From: an uncultured delta proteobacterium
GTDB taxonomy: Bacteria; Desulfobacterota; Desulfobaccia; Desulfobaccales; 0-14-0-80-60-11
Assembly: GCA_963739295.1 (NCBI GenBank)
Contig: CAVTZS010000009.1
Coordinates: 45,948 to 109,947, forward strand
Reading direction: 5' to 3'
Length of the DNA stretch: 64,000 nt
The position numbers and the translations under genes are program-made. This document shows positions 28,245-37,084 of this stretch, piece by piece. Every line of letters starts with the position of its first letter. Position 1 is the stretch's first letter. The notes beneath the pieces are model-generated. The model saw only the letters and a program-made list of their open reading frames with translations, made no database searches and was not told the origin of the DNA.

Positions 28245-28843
28245 AGACTAAGCTCTGGATTTTCTGGATAATTCTTATGGCTCTGGGCTTAGGCCCAGCC
28301 CCGGCCCGGGCCGAGACCCCTACGGATTATGTGCGAGGGATTCTGGATAAAGTGATGGCTATTCAAAACAACCCGGCTCTGGCTGGGGCGGCCCATGAGG
28401 CGGCGCGGGGTAAGCTCATCCATGAGATTATTGAGAAGAACTTCGATTTTCCCTTGATGGCCAAAACTTCCCTGGGGCCAACCTATGACCAAATCAGCTC
28501 CAGCCAGCGCCGGGAGTTCACGGACATCTTCAGCTATCTTTTCCAGGACTCTTACACCCGCCTGGTCCTGAACTTTCTCAAGCAGGAAACCATAAAATAC
28601 CAACAGGAGCGCCAGGAAAATGGAAAGGCCCAGGTGGATACTATCCTCCTGAGAAAAAATGAGTCTATCCCGGTAAATTACCTCATGCACCGTCAGCGGC
28701 AGGGGTGGGTGCTCTTTGATGTCATGGTGGATGGGGTGAGCATTCTGGAAAACTATAAAAACCAGTTCGCCCGGGTCATCCAAACCCAATCCTTCCAGGC
28801 CCTTCTGAACAAGATGCAGACCCAGCAGCGGGCCATAAAGTAG
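28241..28843 (+). CDS. MlaC/Ttg2D-family phospholipid-binding periplasmic protein
   Basis: 200 aa. Signal peptide, then the family pattern ...FDFPLMAKTSLGPTYDQISSSQRREFTDIFSYLFQDSYTRL...W.VFDVMVDGVSILENYKNQF. Confidence 0.8.
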   Translation: MKTKLWIFWIILMALGLGPAPARAETPTDYVRGILDKVMAIQNNPALAGAAHEAARGKLIHEIIEKNFDFPLMAKTSLGPTYDQISSSQRREFTDIFSYLFQDSYTRLVLNFLKQETIKYQQERQENGKAQVDTILLRKNESIPVNYLMHRQRQGWVLFDVMVDGVSILENYKNQFARVIQTQSFQALLNKMQTQQRAIK

Positions 28844-29146
28844 AGAGGGAGACCTGCAAGTCTCAGGCGAGGGTCTCTAGGGGCGGGGGTTAAAACCGCC
28901 CCCATGCCCCCCGGCTCAGCCCTTGATCCAAAACTCACTCAGCCCTTATCCTTGCTGGTTTTCCCCTTTCTGCCGGACCACAGTTTTCGCCTCAAGTTTA
29001 TTGACAAAGAAAAGTCGGGTCTTAATTTTAAGGCAGCCTTTAAGATTTAGAGGAGAAATCAACTAATCGAGATTTGGGGCAAAGCAGTCCCTCTCAAGGG
29101 TCTGGCCCAAGAGGGGGGCCTTAGAAAATTTTAAAGAGGGTCAAAG

Positions 29147-29437
29147 ATGATCGTCTTGGTAACTGAATATGGTTCTGATTATAAGGAGCTTATGGAAGCT
29201 TTACGCGAGGAAAGCGTTTCTTTCCAAGCCACCAGAATGGAGGCCGTCAGGGAACTGGGTAGCGGCTCTTACCAGCTCCTCAAGGTGGAAGCCAACCTGC
29301 CGGAGGTAAAGGTGCCCTCCGCATATACCGGGACTGTCGGGACGGTAGATGCCAGGGCCTGGCGCCTGCCTTCCGGCCGCCTGATCATTACCGATATGGA
29401 AGGGAACCTGGAGCAGATAGCTCCCCCGTTACCCTGA
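29147..29437 (+). CDS. hypothetical protein
   Basis: 96-aa ORF with an upstream GAGGG RBS-like element, followed by a strong hairpin terminator. Confidence 0.45.
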   Translation: MIVLVTEYGSDYKELMEALREESVSFQATRMEAVRELGSGSYQLLKVEANLPEVKVPSAYTGTVGTVDARAWRLPSGRLIITDMEGNLEQIAPPLP

Positions 29438-29460
29438 AAGATGCTCTATGGATTGGCGGG

Positions 29461-29491
29461 TAGGGCCGGGGGTCCAGAAGCCCCGGCCCTA
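29461..29491 (+). terminator. GC-rich hairpin terminator after 29147..29437
   Basis: TAGGGCCGGGG-(9 nt)-CCCCGGCCCTA, an 11-bp perfect stem followed by a T-rich tract (TTCCTCAATTT). Confidence 0.5.
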
Positions 29492-29561
29492 TTCCTCAAT
29501 TTCCCTCCGCTCCTTCCTTTCCCCAAGTCAGCCTGGGGTCCCTTCTTAGACTTTCTATTCC

Positions 29562-29768
29562 TTAATCTTTCAAGCAAGGCGGGACGGTCTGGGTAAGCTT
29601 GTCTGGCCAACTGTAGCCGCAGTAGTAGAAATAAGCAGAGTCACAAAAACAGACGTCCGTTTCCCCGTATAAGAGGTAAATGCAAGCCAGGCAGCAATGA
29701 GGGAGCTCGTCGGCATCGGCAAAGGACAGCGCCAATTGGCCGATGCGAAAGTCTTCCAAGCTAAACAT
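29562..29768 (-). CDS. small cysteine-rich hypothetical protein (68 aa, 8 Cys)
   Basis: ORF starts 46 nt downstream of the DraG-like gene on the same strand. Codon third positions look coding. Sequence includes HCCLACIYLLYGETDVCFCDSAYFYYCGY. No known family recognised. Confidence 0.35.
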   Translation of the reverse strand: MFSLEDFRIGQLALSFADADELPHCCLACIYLLYGETDVCFCDSAYFYYCGYSWPDKLTQTVPPCLKD

Positions 29769-29814
29769 AGCCGCAGAGGTAAATTCTCCTTAAAAACGTC
29801 TGGGAAAGTGGCCC

Positions 29815-30738
29815 TCATCCAAGCAAAGATAAGGCACGACCTTCGATAAGCTCCCGGTTTTCCAGTTTTTCCCGCCAGGCGGCGGGAATAGCGTCAATCC
29901 CCAGATAGGCGCCGGATAGAGCCCCGGCCATGGCCCCCAGGGTGTCTCTATCGCCGCCGCTGAGCACGGCGCAAAAAAGGCAGTCCATGAAGGATTGGGG
30001 ATGCTTGAGGAAAGCATAGATGGCAAAGGGCAGGGACTCATAGATAGTGACCGATCTGCCCAAGGCTTTGGCCGCTTCCAGGCACGGCGCCTGTCTTTCC
30101 AGGAGCGATTGCACCTGGCGCAATTTCCTTTGGATCTCGTAAGTTCGGGAAAACCCGAGAAGTTCCTTTAGAAAGATGTCCCCGGCCAAGGGTTTTGGGG
30201 GGGCCAGTTTCACGCCTTGGGCCACGGCCAAGGCCTGGACTGCGGCCCCATCCTGGGCCAGGGGGTGGGCATGGGTGACCGTCGCGGACGCCGCGGCCTG
30301 GTCGTAAAGATCCGGAGCATCATGAAAGAACAATCCCAGGGGCGCCACTCGCATGGCGGCGCCATTACCGAAAGACCCCTCGCCGCCAAACAGCCGCCGG
30401 GCCGCCTCAGCGTAGGATATTCCCGCATATTCCACCATTTGGAAGATAGTGGGGGGGCCGGCCGCATAACCTCGCCACGGTTCTTGTCGATAATTCCGGT
30501 GAAAGGTGCGGCCCAGGTGCTCCTGGTCCAGGAACCCTTTTTCTGCCAGCGATTCCGCCAGGCCCAGGGCCATGGCGGTGTCGTCAGTGTATCGCAAGGG
30601 CGCGGTCTTCTCGATTATGGATCGCAGCTGGCTCTCTTGGGGATGCTGGAAAGCCAGCTCCCCGATGGCGTCCCCTAAGGCGCTTCCCACCATGCAGCCC
30701 AGATATTTAGCCCTTAAGGAACCTTCCGGTTCGGACAC
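29815..30738 (-). CDS. ADP-ribosylglycohydrolase family protein (DraG-like)
   Basis: 307 aa. GSALGDAIGE and YTDDTAMAL motifs, plus C-terminal GGDRDTLGAMAGALSGAY (metal-binding Asp cluster). Confidence 0.85.
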   Translation of the reverse strand: MSEPEGSLRAKYLGCMVGSALGDAIGELAFQHPQESQLRSIIEKTAPLRYTDDTAMALGLAESLAEKGFLDQEHLGRTFHRNYRQEPWRGYAAGPPTIFQMVEYAGISYAEAARRLFGGEGSFGNGAAMRVAPLGLFFHDAPDLYDQAAASATVTHAHPLAQDGAAVQALAVAQGVKLAPPKPLAGDIFLKELLGFSRTYEIQRKLRQVQSLLERQAPCLEAAKALGRSVTIYESLPFAIYAFLKHPQSFMDCLFCAVLSGGDRDTLGAMAGALSGAYLGIDAIPAAWREKLENRELIEGRALSLLG

Positions 30739-30790
30739 GGCTTTCCCTTTTCCTTAACTGGCTGCTCGCTTAAAGACAGATGATTAGTTC

Positions 30791-31237
30791 TTAAGGTTCT
30801 GGGGGTGGTTCCCCGTGACCTGGCGTCTTCGGGGGGCTCAGCAGTTGGCAGAGCTCCCCGGTGATCAGCCGCTTTAGGTCTTCCCTGGTCTGCCGGTACA
30901 ACTCCAGGCTGCCGCCGTAGGGGTCCAGCACGGGCCGGTGGATTAACACCCCTTTGAAGGCAGGGGGCAGAAAGGGTTCCAAGCGGCGATCCGCCAGGTT
31001 GACAATTACCTGGCATTCTTCTAGATTTATCTCTGCCAGCCCTTTGGAGTAAAGCCCTTCCGTGGCCAGGCCTATCTCCGCCAATACCTGCAAGGTTTCC
31101 CGGGTTACCCAGCCCAGTGGGTTAGTGCCGCCCGAGGCCACCCCCCAAGTATCCCCGAGAAAGTGCCGGGCCAGGGCTTCGGCCATGATACTGCGGCAGG
31201 AATTCCCCAGGCAGATGAAAACCACCCTCTTTTTCAC
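30791..31237 (-). CDS. low-molecular-weight phosphatase family protein (LMW-PTP / ArsC-type)
   Basis: P-loop VVFICLGNSCRSIMAEA (CX5R-S). Start set at the GTG giving MKKRVVFICLGN. The longer ORF to 31687 would overlap the upstream ADH gene. Confidence 0.75.
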   Translation of the reverse strand: MKKRVVFICLGNSCRSIMAEALARHFLGDTWGVASGGTNPLGWVTRETLQVLAEIGLATEGLYSKGLAEINLEECQVIVNLADRRLEPFLPPAFKGVLIHRPVLDPYGGSLELYRQTREDLKRLITGELCQLLSPPKTPGHGEPPPEP

Positions 31238-31311
31238 TTTTTGCCTGTCATCGTCTTGGGGGTCGTGACCCAGCCTAGTACCCCCCCCAACGTGACAAAT
31301 TTCCCAGAGAA

Positions 31312-32334
31312 TCAAGGAAGATCCGGGGTAGCCACGGCCAGCACCGCGGCGCCCTGGAGTTGGCCGCGGCGCAACCTCTCCAGGGCCTCGTTTGCCTGCC
31401 CCAGGGGAAAGACCTGCACCTCGGTTTTCACCGGCACTTGGGGCGCGATCTGGAGAAATTCTTCGCCGTCCTGCCGGGTCAGGTTGGCCACCGAGCGAAT
31501 CACCCGCTCTCCCCAGAGAATGTGGTAGGGGAAGGAGGGAATATCGCTCATATGAATGCCGCCGCAGACCACGGTGCCGCCTTTGGCGGTGGCCTTGAGC
31601 GCCGCTGGCACCAGGGCACCCAACGGGGCAAAGATGATGGCCGCGTCCAGTTCTTCGGGAGGCGCTTGGGTGGAATCCCCCGCCCAAGAGGCCCCCAGCC
31701 GGCGGGCAAAGGCCTGGGCCTCAATATCTCCGGGTTTGGTGAAGGCATAAATCCGCTTACCCTGGTACACCGCAATCTGGGCGGCAATGTGAGCCGCCGC
31801 GCCAAATCCGTAAATCCCCAGCCGTTCCACCCCTTCCCCCGCCAGACGGTAGGAGCGGTAGCCGATCAACCCGGCGCATAATAGGGGAGCGGCTTCCGTG
31901 TCCTGGTACGCCGGGGGCAGATGGAAAATGTAGCGCTGATCCGCCACCGTGTATTCGCTGTAGCCGCCGTCCCGAGTATAACCGGTGAAAAGCGGGTGGT
32001 CGCAAAGATTCTCCTGGCCCTTACGGCAGTAACGGCACTGGCCGCAGGTATAGCCCAGCCACGGCACGCCAACGCGGTCGCCCACGCTGAATTTCTCCAC
32101 TTGCGCCCCGGTCTTAATGATCGTGCCCACTATTTCATGTCCCAGAATCAGGGGCAGTTTGGGATCCGGAAGCTCACCGTCGACAATGTGTAAATCCGTG
32201 CGGCATACCCCGCAGGCCTGAACCCGGATCAGAACCTCCCCCGGGTCTGGTTGCGGCACCGGGACCTCCATGGCTTTAAGCGGGCTTTTCGGTGCGGTAA
32301 ACACCATGGCCCGCATCTCTTCCGGCATTACCAT
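31312..32334 (-). CDS. zinc-dependent alcohol dehydrogenase
   Basis: 340 aa. GVCRTDLH, GHEIVGTIIKTG, structural-zinc CGQCRYCRKGQENLC, and the Rossmann motif GIYGFGAAAH. Confidence 0.88.
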   Translation of the reverse strand: MVMPEEMRAMVFTAPKSPLKAMEVPVPQPDPGEVLIRVQACGVCRTDLHIVDGELPDPKLPLILGHEIVGTIIKTGAQVEKFSVGDRVGVPWLGYTCGQCRYCRKGQENLCDHPLFTGYTRDGGYSEYTVADQRYIFHLPPAYQDTEAAPLLCAGLIGYRSYRLAGEGVERLGIYGFGAAAHIAAQIAVYQGKRIYAFTKPGDIEAQAFARRLGASWAGDSTQAPPEELDAAIIFAPLGALVPAALKATAKGGTVVCGGIHMSDIPSFPYHILWGERVIRSVANLTRQDGEEFLQIAPQVPVKTEVQVFPLGQANEALERLRRGQLQGAAVLAVATPDLP

Positions 32335-32493
32335 CTTAAACGCTCCAGGGATCTTTTCTCGGGGCTATAGGGCTCCAGCCAATAAACTCTAAATAAATTT
32401 AACATATGAAATTCACTCCGTAAATTTGGAAAATTTATTTTTCTTAAGATAGAATGAGTGACTTCCACTCCCCGCTTTTAAACTGGGGGAATC

Positions 32494-32509
32494 TGGTCCC
32501 CATGTTGCT
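32494..32509 (+). promoter_or_regulatory. possible sigma54 (-24/-12) promoter
   Basis: TGGTCC-CCATG-TTGCT with correct GG/GC spacing, about 180 nt upstream of the CoA-transferase start. Weaker match than the two other candidates in this window. Confidence 0.3.
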
Positions 32510-32681
32510 GCCACCCCCTCAACCGGAAAAAAGTTTTATTGCCCTGCCTGGCCTATCTAAGGTAACCTCTTCAACGTCCGGTATTTTCCAAGGTAAATGA
32601 GAGCCAAGGTCCAGACTCCCGATAGGACACCAGCGCATTTCAGATTTCCCTGATCTGGTCGATGATTTTTAAAAAAATTCT

Positions 32682-34004
32682 TTGAAGATGGGGACCTTTC
32701 AGATGTACCGCCAGGAATACGAGAGAAAGCTGACCGCTCCGGAAAAGGCCGTGGCCTGCATCCAAGACTCCGACACCATCGTCCATGGTATGGCCGCGGG
32801 TGAGCCCCCGGCCTTGCTGGGCGCGATCGCTAACCGGGTGAGAGCGGGCCTTCTTACCGATATCAAGGTCTTTTCGCTTCTGCCCATGGAGCACGCGGCC
32901 CAAACCATCCTAGCTCTTGACCTCAGCGACCGCATTCATCCTTATTGCTGGTTCTTAAGCAGTGCCGACCGAGACTTGGTCAAGGGTGGGAAAAATTATT
33001 TCGTGCCCAATGAATTCCACCAGATTCCCAGGTTATGCCGGGATTTCATGAAGATCGACGTCGTGGTCACCACGGTGTCGCCCATGGACCGAGCCGGCTT
33101 TTTCACCTTTGGGGTCGTCAATGATTACATCTCCACGGCGGCCCGGCACTGCAAAAGGCTCCTGGTAGAAGTCAATTCCCACATGCCCCGGGTTTTCGGG
33201 GACTCCCTGTTGCACGTCTCCGAGGTGGACGCCGTCGTGGAACATGAAGCGCCCCTTCTGGAAATCGTCCCAGCGCCACCCAGGCCCGAAGCCGAGACCA
33301 TCGGCCGCCAGATCGCGGCGCTGGTCCCTGACGAGGCCACCCTCCAGCTGGGTATCGGAGCCATACCCAACGCGGTGTGCCGGTATCTGGAAGGCCATCA
33401 GGATTTAGGCATACACACCGAACTCCTGTGTCCCGGCATGGTCCACCTGATCAAAGAGGGGGTGATCACGGGACGTAAGAAGAACCTGCATGCCCGGAAA
33501 CACGTTTTTACCAATGCCATGGGAGACCGGGAGATGTATGAATTCCTGAACGATAACCCCAGCATGGAAAGCTACCCGGTTAGCTATACCAACCTACCCC
33601 AGGTCATCGCCCAAAACGATAAGATGATCTCCATTAACTCCACCCTGGAAGTGGATCTCCTGGGGCAATGTAACTCCGAGTATCTGGGAGGCTTTGAATT
33701 TAGCGGTACCGGCGGCCAGCTGGACTATGTGCGGGGCGCCTTTAATTCCAAAGGGGGCAAGTCCATCATTGCTTTTTACTCTACGGCGCACCATGGCGAG
33801 GTGTCCCGGGTAGTGCCGCGCTTTACCCCCGGCACCGTGGTCACCACGCCCCGGATGGACACCCATTATCTGGCCACCGAGTACGGGGTGGTGAACTTGA
33901 TGGGAAAATCCACCCGGGAAAGAGCCCTGGACATTATCAGCCTGGCCCATCCCCAATTCCGGGAGGATTTGCTGCAAGAGGCCCAGAAAATGCACCTGCT
34001 CTAA
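32682..34004 (+). CDS. acetyl-CoA hydrolase/transferase family protein (4-hydroxybutyrate / butyryl-CoA:acetate CoA-transferase-like)
   Basis: 440 aa. Family blocks ...ATLQLGIGAIPNAV..., HTELL, INSTLEVDLLGQCNSE, GTGGQLDYVRGA. TTG at 32682; ATG alternatives at 32688 and 32703. Confidence 0.85.
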   Translation: MKMGTFQMYRQEYERKLTAPEKAVACIQDSDTIVHGMAAGEPPALLGAIANRVRAGLLTDIKVFSLLPMEHAAQTILALDLSDRIHPYCWFLSSADRDLVKGGKNYFVPNEFHQIPRLCRDFMKIDVVVTTVSPMDRAGFFTFGVVNDYISTAARHCKRLLVEVNSHMPRVFGDSLLHVSEVDAVVEHEAPLLEIVPAPPRPEAETIGRQIAALVPDEATLQLGIGAIPNAVCRYLEGHQDLGIHTELLCPGMVHLIKEGVITGRKKNLHARKHVFTNAMGDREMYEFLNDNPSMESYPVSYTNLPQVIAQNDKMISINSTLEVDLLGQCNSEYLGGFEFSGTGGQLDYVRGAFNSKGGKSIIAFYSTAHHGEVSRVVPRFTPGTVVTTPRMDTHYLATEYGVVNLMGKSTRERALDIISLAHPQFREDLLQEAQKMHLL

Positions 34005-34198
34005 GGCCCGCGGCTGGTGAAGTTTATCGGTTGCCCTGGAGAAATGGCAACTTTCTGATTCCCAGTCCCCACCCCATCCATGGCGGTGGCTATTTTCAGC
34101 CCAACAGTCTCCTTTTCTTTAAGCCGCGGCTGGGGAATCTTTAACGGTAAGAGGTTAGCGGCTGGCCCTAAAAGGATGTTACCCGGATAAAGGCCGAT

Positions 34199-34235
34199 GA
34201 GGGGCGAGCGGTCGGGTCGCCCCTCCATCTTTTTC
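34199..34235 (+). terminator. hairpin terminator between convergent genes
   Basis: GAGGGGCGA-(9 nt)-TCGCCCCTC, a 9-bp perfect stem, then CATCTTTTT. Lies between the CoA-transferase (+) and the low-complexity lipoprotein (-). Confidence 0.5.
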
Positions 34236-34383
34236 AGCCCGGGAAAAAGCATTGCCCCCAAATTTCGGCCTATTCCCCAGCTAACACCGAGGTGAAGGCT
34301 TTGCCACCTGGGTCAAGCTGCGAGGAATCGAATTCTTACCTCTATTTTACCGGGGTCGCCATTATCCCAAAGAAAGCTTGCAC

Positions 34384-35490
34384 CTAAGGTCCCATCACCC
34401 CAGGGCCGGGTCGAGCCTGAGCCCCAGGGCCGGGTCGAGCCTGACCTCCTTGAGCAGGTCCAGGTCGGGCCTGCATCCCCGGACCAGGTCCAGCTCGACC
34501 TTGCATCATTGGCCCAGCTCCAGGTCGAGTCTGCATCCCTGGACCAGGTCCAGGGCGGCCGCCTTGCATCGCCATACCCCCAGGTCGGGCCTGCATCCCC
34601 GGACCAAAGCCAGGCTGGCCCATTCCAGCGCCAGGGCCTTGCCGGGGGCCAGCCATGGGAGACCGGGAGGCATTCCCGGGAGAGCCAGACATCATCGATT
34701 GACCTTGCACGGATGAGCGCTGCGACTGCCCCCCACGTTGCTGACCGAATTGCTGGTCGGTCCCCCCACGCTGTTGGCCGAATTGCTGATTAGCCCCCCC
34801 ACGTTGCTGGCCGAATTGCTGATTAGGTCCGCCGTTTTGTTGGCTGAATGACTTATTAGGTCCGCCGTTTTGCTGGTTGAAGGGCCCGTTTTGTTGATTA
34901 GGTCCACCGTTTTGTTGCCCGAATTGCTGATTGGAGCCGTTTTGTTGATTAGGCCCACCGTTTTGTTGGCTGAATGACTTATTAGGTCCGCCGTTTTGCT
35001 GGTTGAAGGGCCCGTTTTGTTGATTAGGTCCACCGTTTTGTTGCCCGAATTGCTGATTGGAGCCACTTTGCTGATTAGGCCCACCATTTTGTTGACTGAA
35101 CTGCTGGTTGGTCGAAAGTGGGTTGTTAGTTAGCTGGCCCGATTGCTGATTTAATTGCTCCGTCGCAACTGGCAATTGGCTTGCCTGCTCACCAGGTGGG
35201 GGTGGTGGAGGGGGGGTAACCAGAACCACCCCTCCAGAGTTATTTGAGGAGTACCCCCCACCGTACGACGTCTCATAGCCGTAAGGCAGGAAAAAAGGAA
35301 AAGACCCGGAAGACCCGGAAGACCCGGAAGACCCGTTATACCCATAAGATCCGCCGTATCCCGAGCCGTACATGCCACCGTAGCCGCCACCGTTGCCGCC
35401 ACCGTAGCCGGAATACCCGGGATATCCCCCGCATCCTCCCAGGGTCAGAACGACCAGAAGCAGGGGCACCGCCCCACGCATGATAGCCAT
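34384..35490 (-). CDS. secreted low-complexity lipoprotein (G/S/Y-rich, poly-Pro, Q/N-rich repeats, then G/P/M/Q/R-rich tail)
   Basis: 368 aa. Signal peptide with lipobox (LTLGGC). The rest has almost no ordinary sequence: GGYGGMYGSGYGGSYGYNGSSGSSGSSGS..., PPPPPPP, repeated QQNGGPNQQ units, then GPGMQARPG-type repeats. The frame stays open through all DNA repeats. Confidence 0.75.
   Translation of the reverse strand: MAIMRGAVPLLLVVLTLGGCGGYPGYSGYGGGNGGGYGGMYGSGYGGSYGYNGSSGSSGSSGSFPFFLPYGYETSYGGGYSSNNSGGVVLVTPPPPPPPGEQASQLPVATEQLNQQSGQLTNNPLSTNQQFSQQNGGPNQQSGSNQQFGQQNGGPNQQNGPFNQQNGGPNKSFSQQNGGPNQQNGSNQQFGQQNGGPNQQNGPFNQQNGGPNKSFSQQNGGPNQQFGQQRGGANQQFGQQRGGTDQQFGQQRGGQSQRSSVQGQSMMSGSPGNASRSPMAGPRQGPGAGMGQPGFGPGMQARPGGMAMQGGRPGPGPGMQTRPGAGPMMQGRAGPGPGMQARPGPAQGGQARPGPGAQARPGPGVMGP
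34826..35077 (-). repeat. 2 x 126-nt near-identical tandem duplication inside the lipoprotein gene
   Basis: Units 34826-34951 and 34952-35077 differ at only a few positions near their ends. Each encodes a 42-aa unit (FSQQNGGPNQQNGSNQQFGQQNGGPNQQNGPFNQQNGGPNKS). Shorter degenerate repeats flank them. Confidence 0.85.
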
Positions 35491-35960
35491 GATACCTCCC
35501 TTCTCAGGTTAGCCACTCTACAAACTCAGGGCTTAAGTACGCATCCCCCACTAAAGCAAATTAATAATTCCGGATTGGCTGCTGAAGCTTAAATCCCACG
35601 GTGCTTTCCTGTATTTCCCGACCAACCCTGATCACCCCCGGCTTGCGCCTCGGATTGACCTTTCGCCCCCTGGCCAGGCTTCTTAAGCCTTCCGGTTCAA
35701 GAACTATGACTCAAAGGTTTGTTACCCCTCAGTAGATTAGATAAATCCCCAGGGCAAAAGTTAGCCGGCTTCCTTGCCTGGCTAAAAATTTTTAGCGCCA
35801 GTTTTTGTGGGTGAATCGGGGAGGAATTCCTCTTTATTCCTCCTGGCCGTCCCTAGATATTGGCTGGAAGAAGGAAAGAGGGCGCCGTAGCCTGGGGGGG
35901 TCAATACTCCAAGGTGCCACTGCTAGAGGCGACAGGCAGGGAGGGGTTTCTGAGTTTCGA

Positions 35961-37025
35961 TTACTGCCATCTGCCGGGCAAGGGGGTGGCACAGGCCGGG
36001 CAACAACCCCCTTTAAGCTTCATGGCAGTGATGCTGAAGATCTGGCGGGTAATTACCTCCCGGCCACATCCGGGGCAGAAGGTATTTTCTCCAGGATGGC
36101 CCGGCACATTGCCCAGGTAAGGGAAGGGCAGCCCTGCCTCCTGGGCCTTTTTTCTGGCCGCCTCCAGAGTTTTAAGGGGCGTGGCCGGGATCTGATGCCA
36201 TTGGCAGGCGGGATGAAAGCGGGTCAAGTGCCAGGGAGTGTGTGGGCCCAAATCCGTCCCTAGCCAGGAGGCGATCCCCTCCAGGGTGGCGAGATCATCA
36301 TTGAGCCCGGGGATGATATTGGTGACCACCTCCACCCATATCCCCCAACGGCGCCGGGCCCGCACCGCCGCGGCCCGGATGGCCTCGGGCTCAGGCAGAT
36401 GCGCCAGGGCCTCATAGGTCTGAGGGGCATAGCCCTTGATATCCACCCGATAGACATCCAAATGGGGCCCCAAGGCGTCCACCGCATCTAAGGTCAGGGC
36501 CCCATTGGTGACGATATTGGTATATAACCCGGCCTGCCGGGCCAGGGGCGCGGTATCCAGGATGTATTCCAGCCACAGGGCCGGCTCATTGAAGGTCCAG
36601 GAAAGGCCCGCGGCGTGGTGGCGCACCGCCAGGGCCACCAGCTCCTGAGGGCTGACGTACCGGGTGCCGGGCAATTCCTGGTCAATATTAGCATGGGCCA
36701 GTTCCCAGTTTTGACACCCCGGACAGCGAAAATTACAGCCCAAGCTTCCCAAAGAAAGCCAGGTGCTACCCGGAAGGAAATGAAATACCGGCTTTTTCTC
36801 GATGGGATTAAGGGAAATAGAGGCCACCTGGCCGTAAATCAGGCTGACCAGGGTGCCGTCCCGATTTTCCCGGGTATGGCACCACCCCCGGCCCCCGGGC
36901 AGGATGACGCACCGCCGGAGGCAGGTGAGGCAGCGCACCCTACCTTCCGAAAGCCCTTCAACCAGAAGGGCTGGATATCCGCGCGCAGGTCTGGAGGGAT
37001 TGGCGACCATGGCTAGATCTTTCAA
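35961..37025 (-). CDS. radical SAM enzyme, AmmeMemoRadiSam-type / PFL-activase-like
   Basis: 354 aa. N-terminal Cys cluster (CLTCLRRC...C), IEKKPVFHF, radical SAM CX3CX2C in GCNFRCPGCQNWE, and a C-terminal CPGC...CCPAC zinc-ribbon-like end. Confidence 0.75.
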   Translation of the reverse strand: MKDLAMVANPSRPARGYPALLVEGLSEGRVRCLTCLRRCVILPGGRGWCHTRENRDGTLVSLIYGQVASISLNPIEKKPVFHFLPGSTWLSLGSLGCNFRCPGCQNWELAHANIDQELPGTRYVSPQELVALAVRHHAAGLSWTFNEPALWLEYILDTAPLARQAGLYTNIVTNGALTLDAVDALGPHLDVYRVDIKGYAPQTYEALAHLPEPEAIRAAAVRARRRWGIWVEVVTNIIPGLNDDLATLEGIASWLGTDLGPHTPWHLTRFHPACQWHQIPATPLKTLEAARKKAQEAGLPFPYLGNVPGHPGENTFCPGCGREVITRQIFSITAMKLKGGCCPACATPLPGRWQ

Positions 37026-37084
37026 AAAATCAGGCCCTTAATTAAAAATTTTGGTTATATTTTAACATAGGGAGAGAAGTTTGG

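Noticed and set aside
34378-34716. Plus-strand ORFs (34378..34716, 34509..34793, 35244..35483) opposite the low-complexity gene.
   Set aside because: Repeat DNA yields open frames on both strands. Only the minus-strand frame has a start context, a signal peptide with lipobox, and full length.
34384-35490. Possible CRISPR array or non-coding satellite, because of the dense DNA repeats.
   Set aside because: The repeats are contiguous with no unique spacers. Their lengths are multiples of 3 (9, 126 nt). They stay in one open frame that begins with a lipoprotein signal peptide, so they are coding repeats.
35905-35950. GGTGCCACTG string reminiscent of the cobalamin riboswitch core.
   Set aside because: No B12 box or surrounding helices are recognisable. 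There is no downstream plus-strand gene (the next gene is on the minus strand), so it is most likely a chance match.
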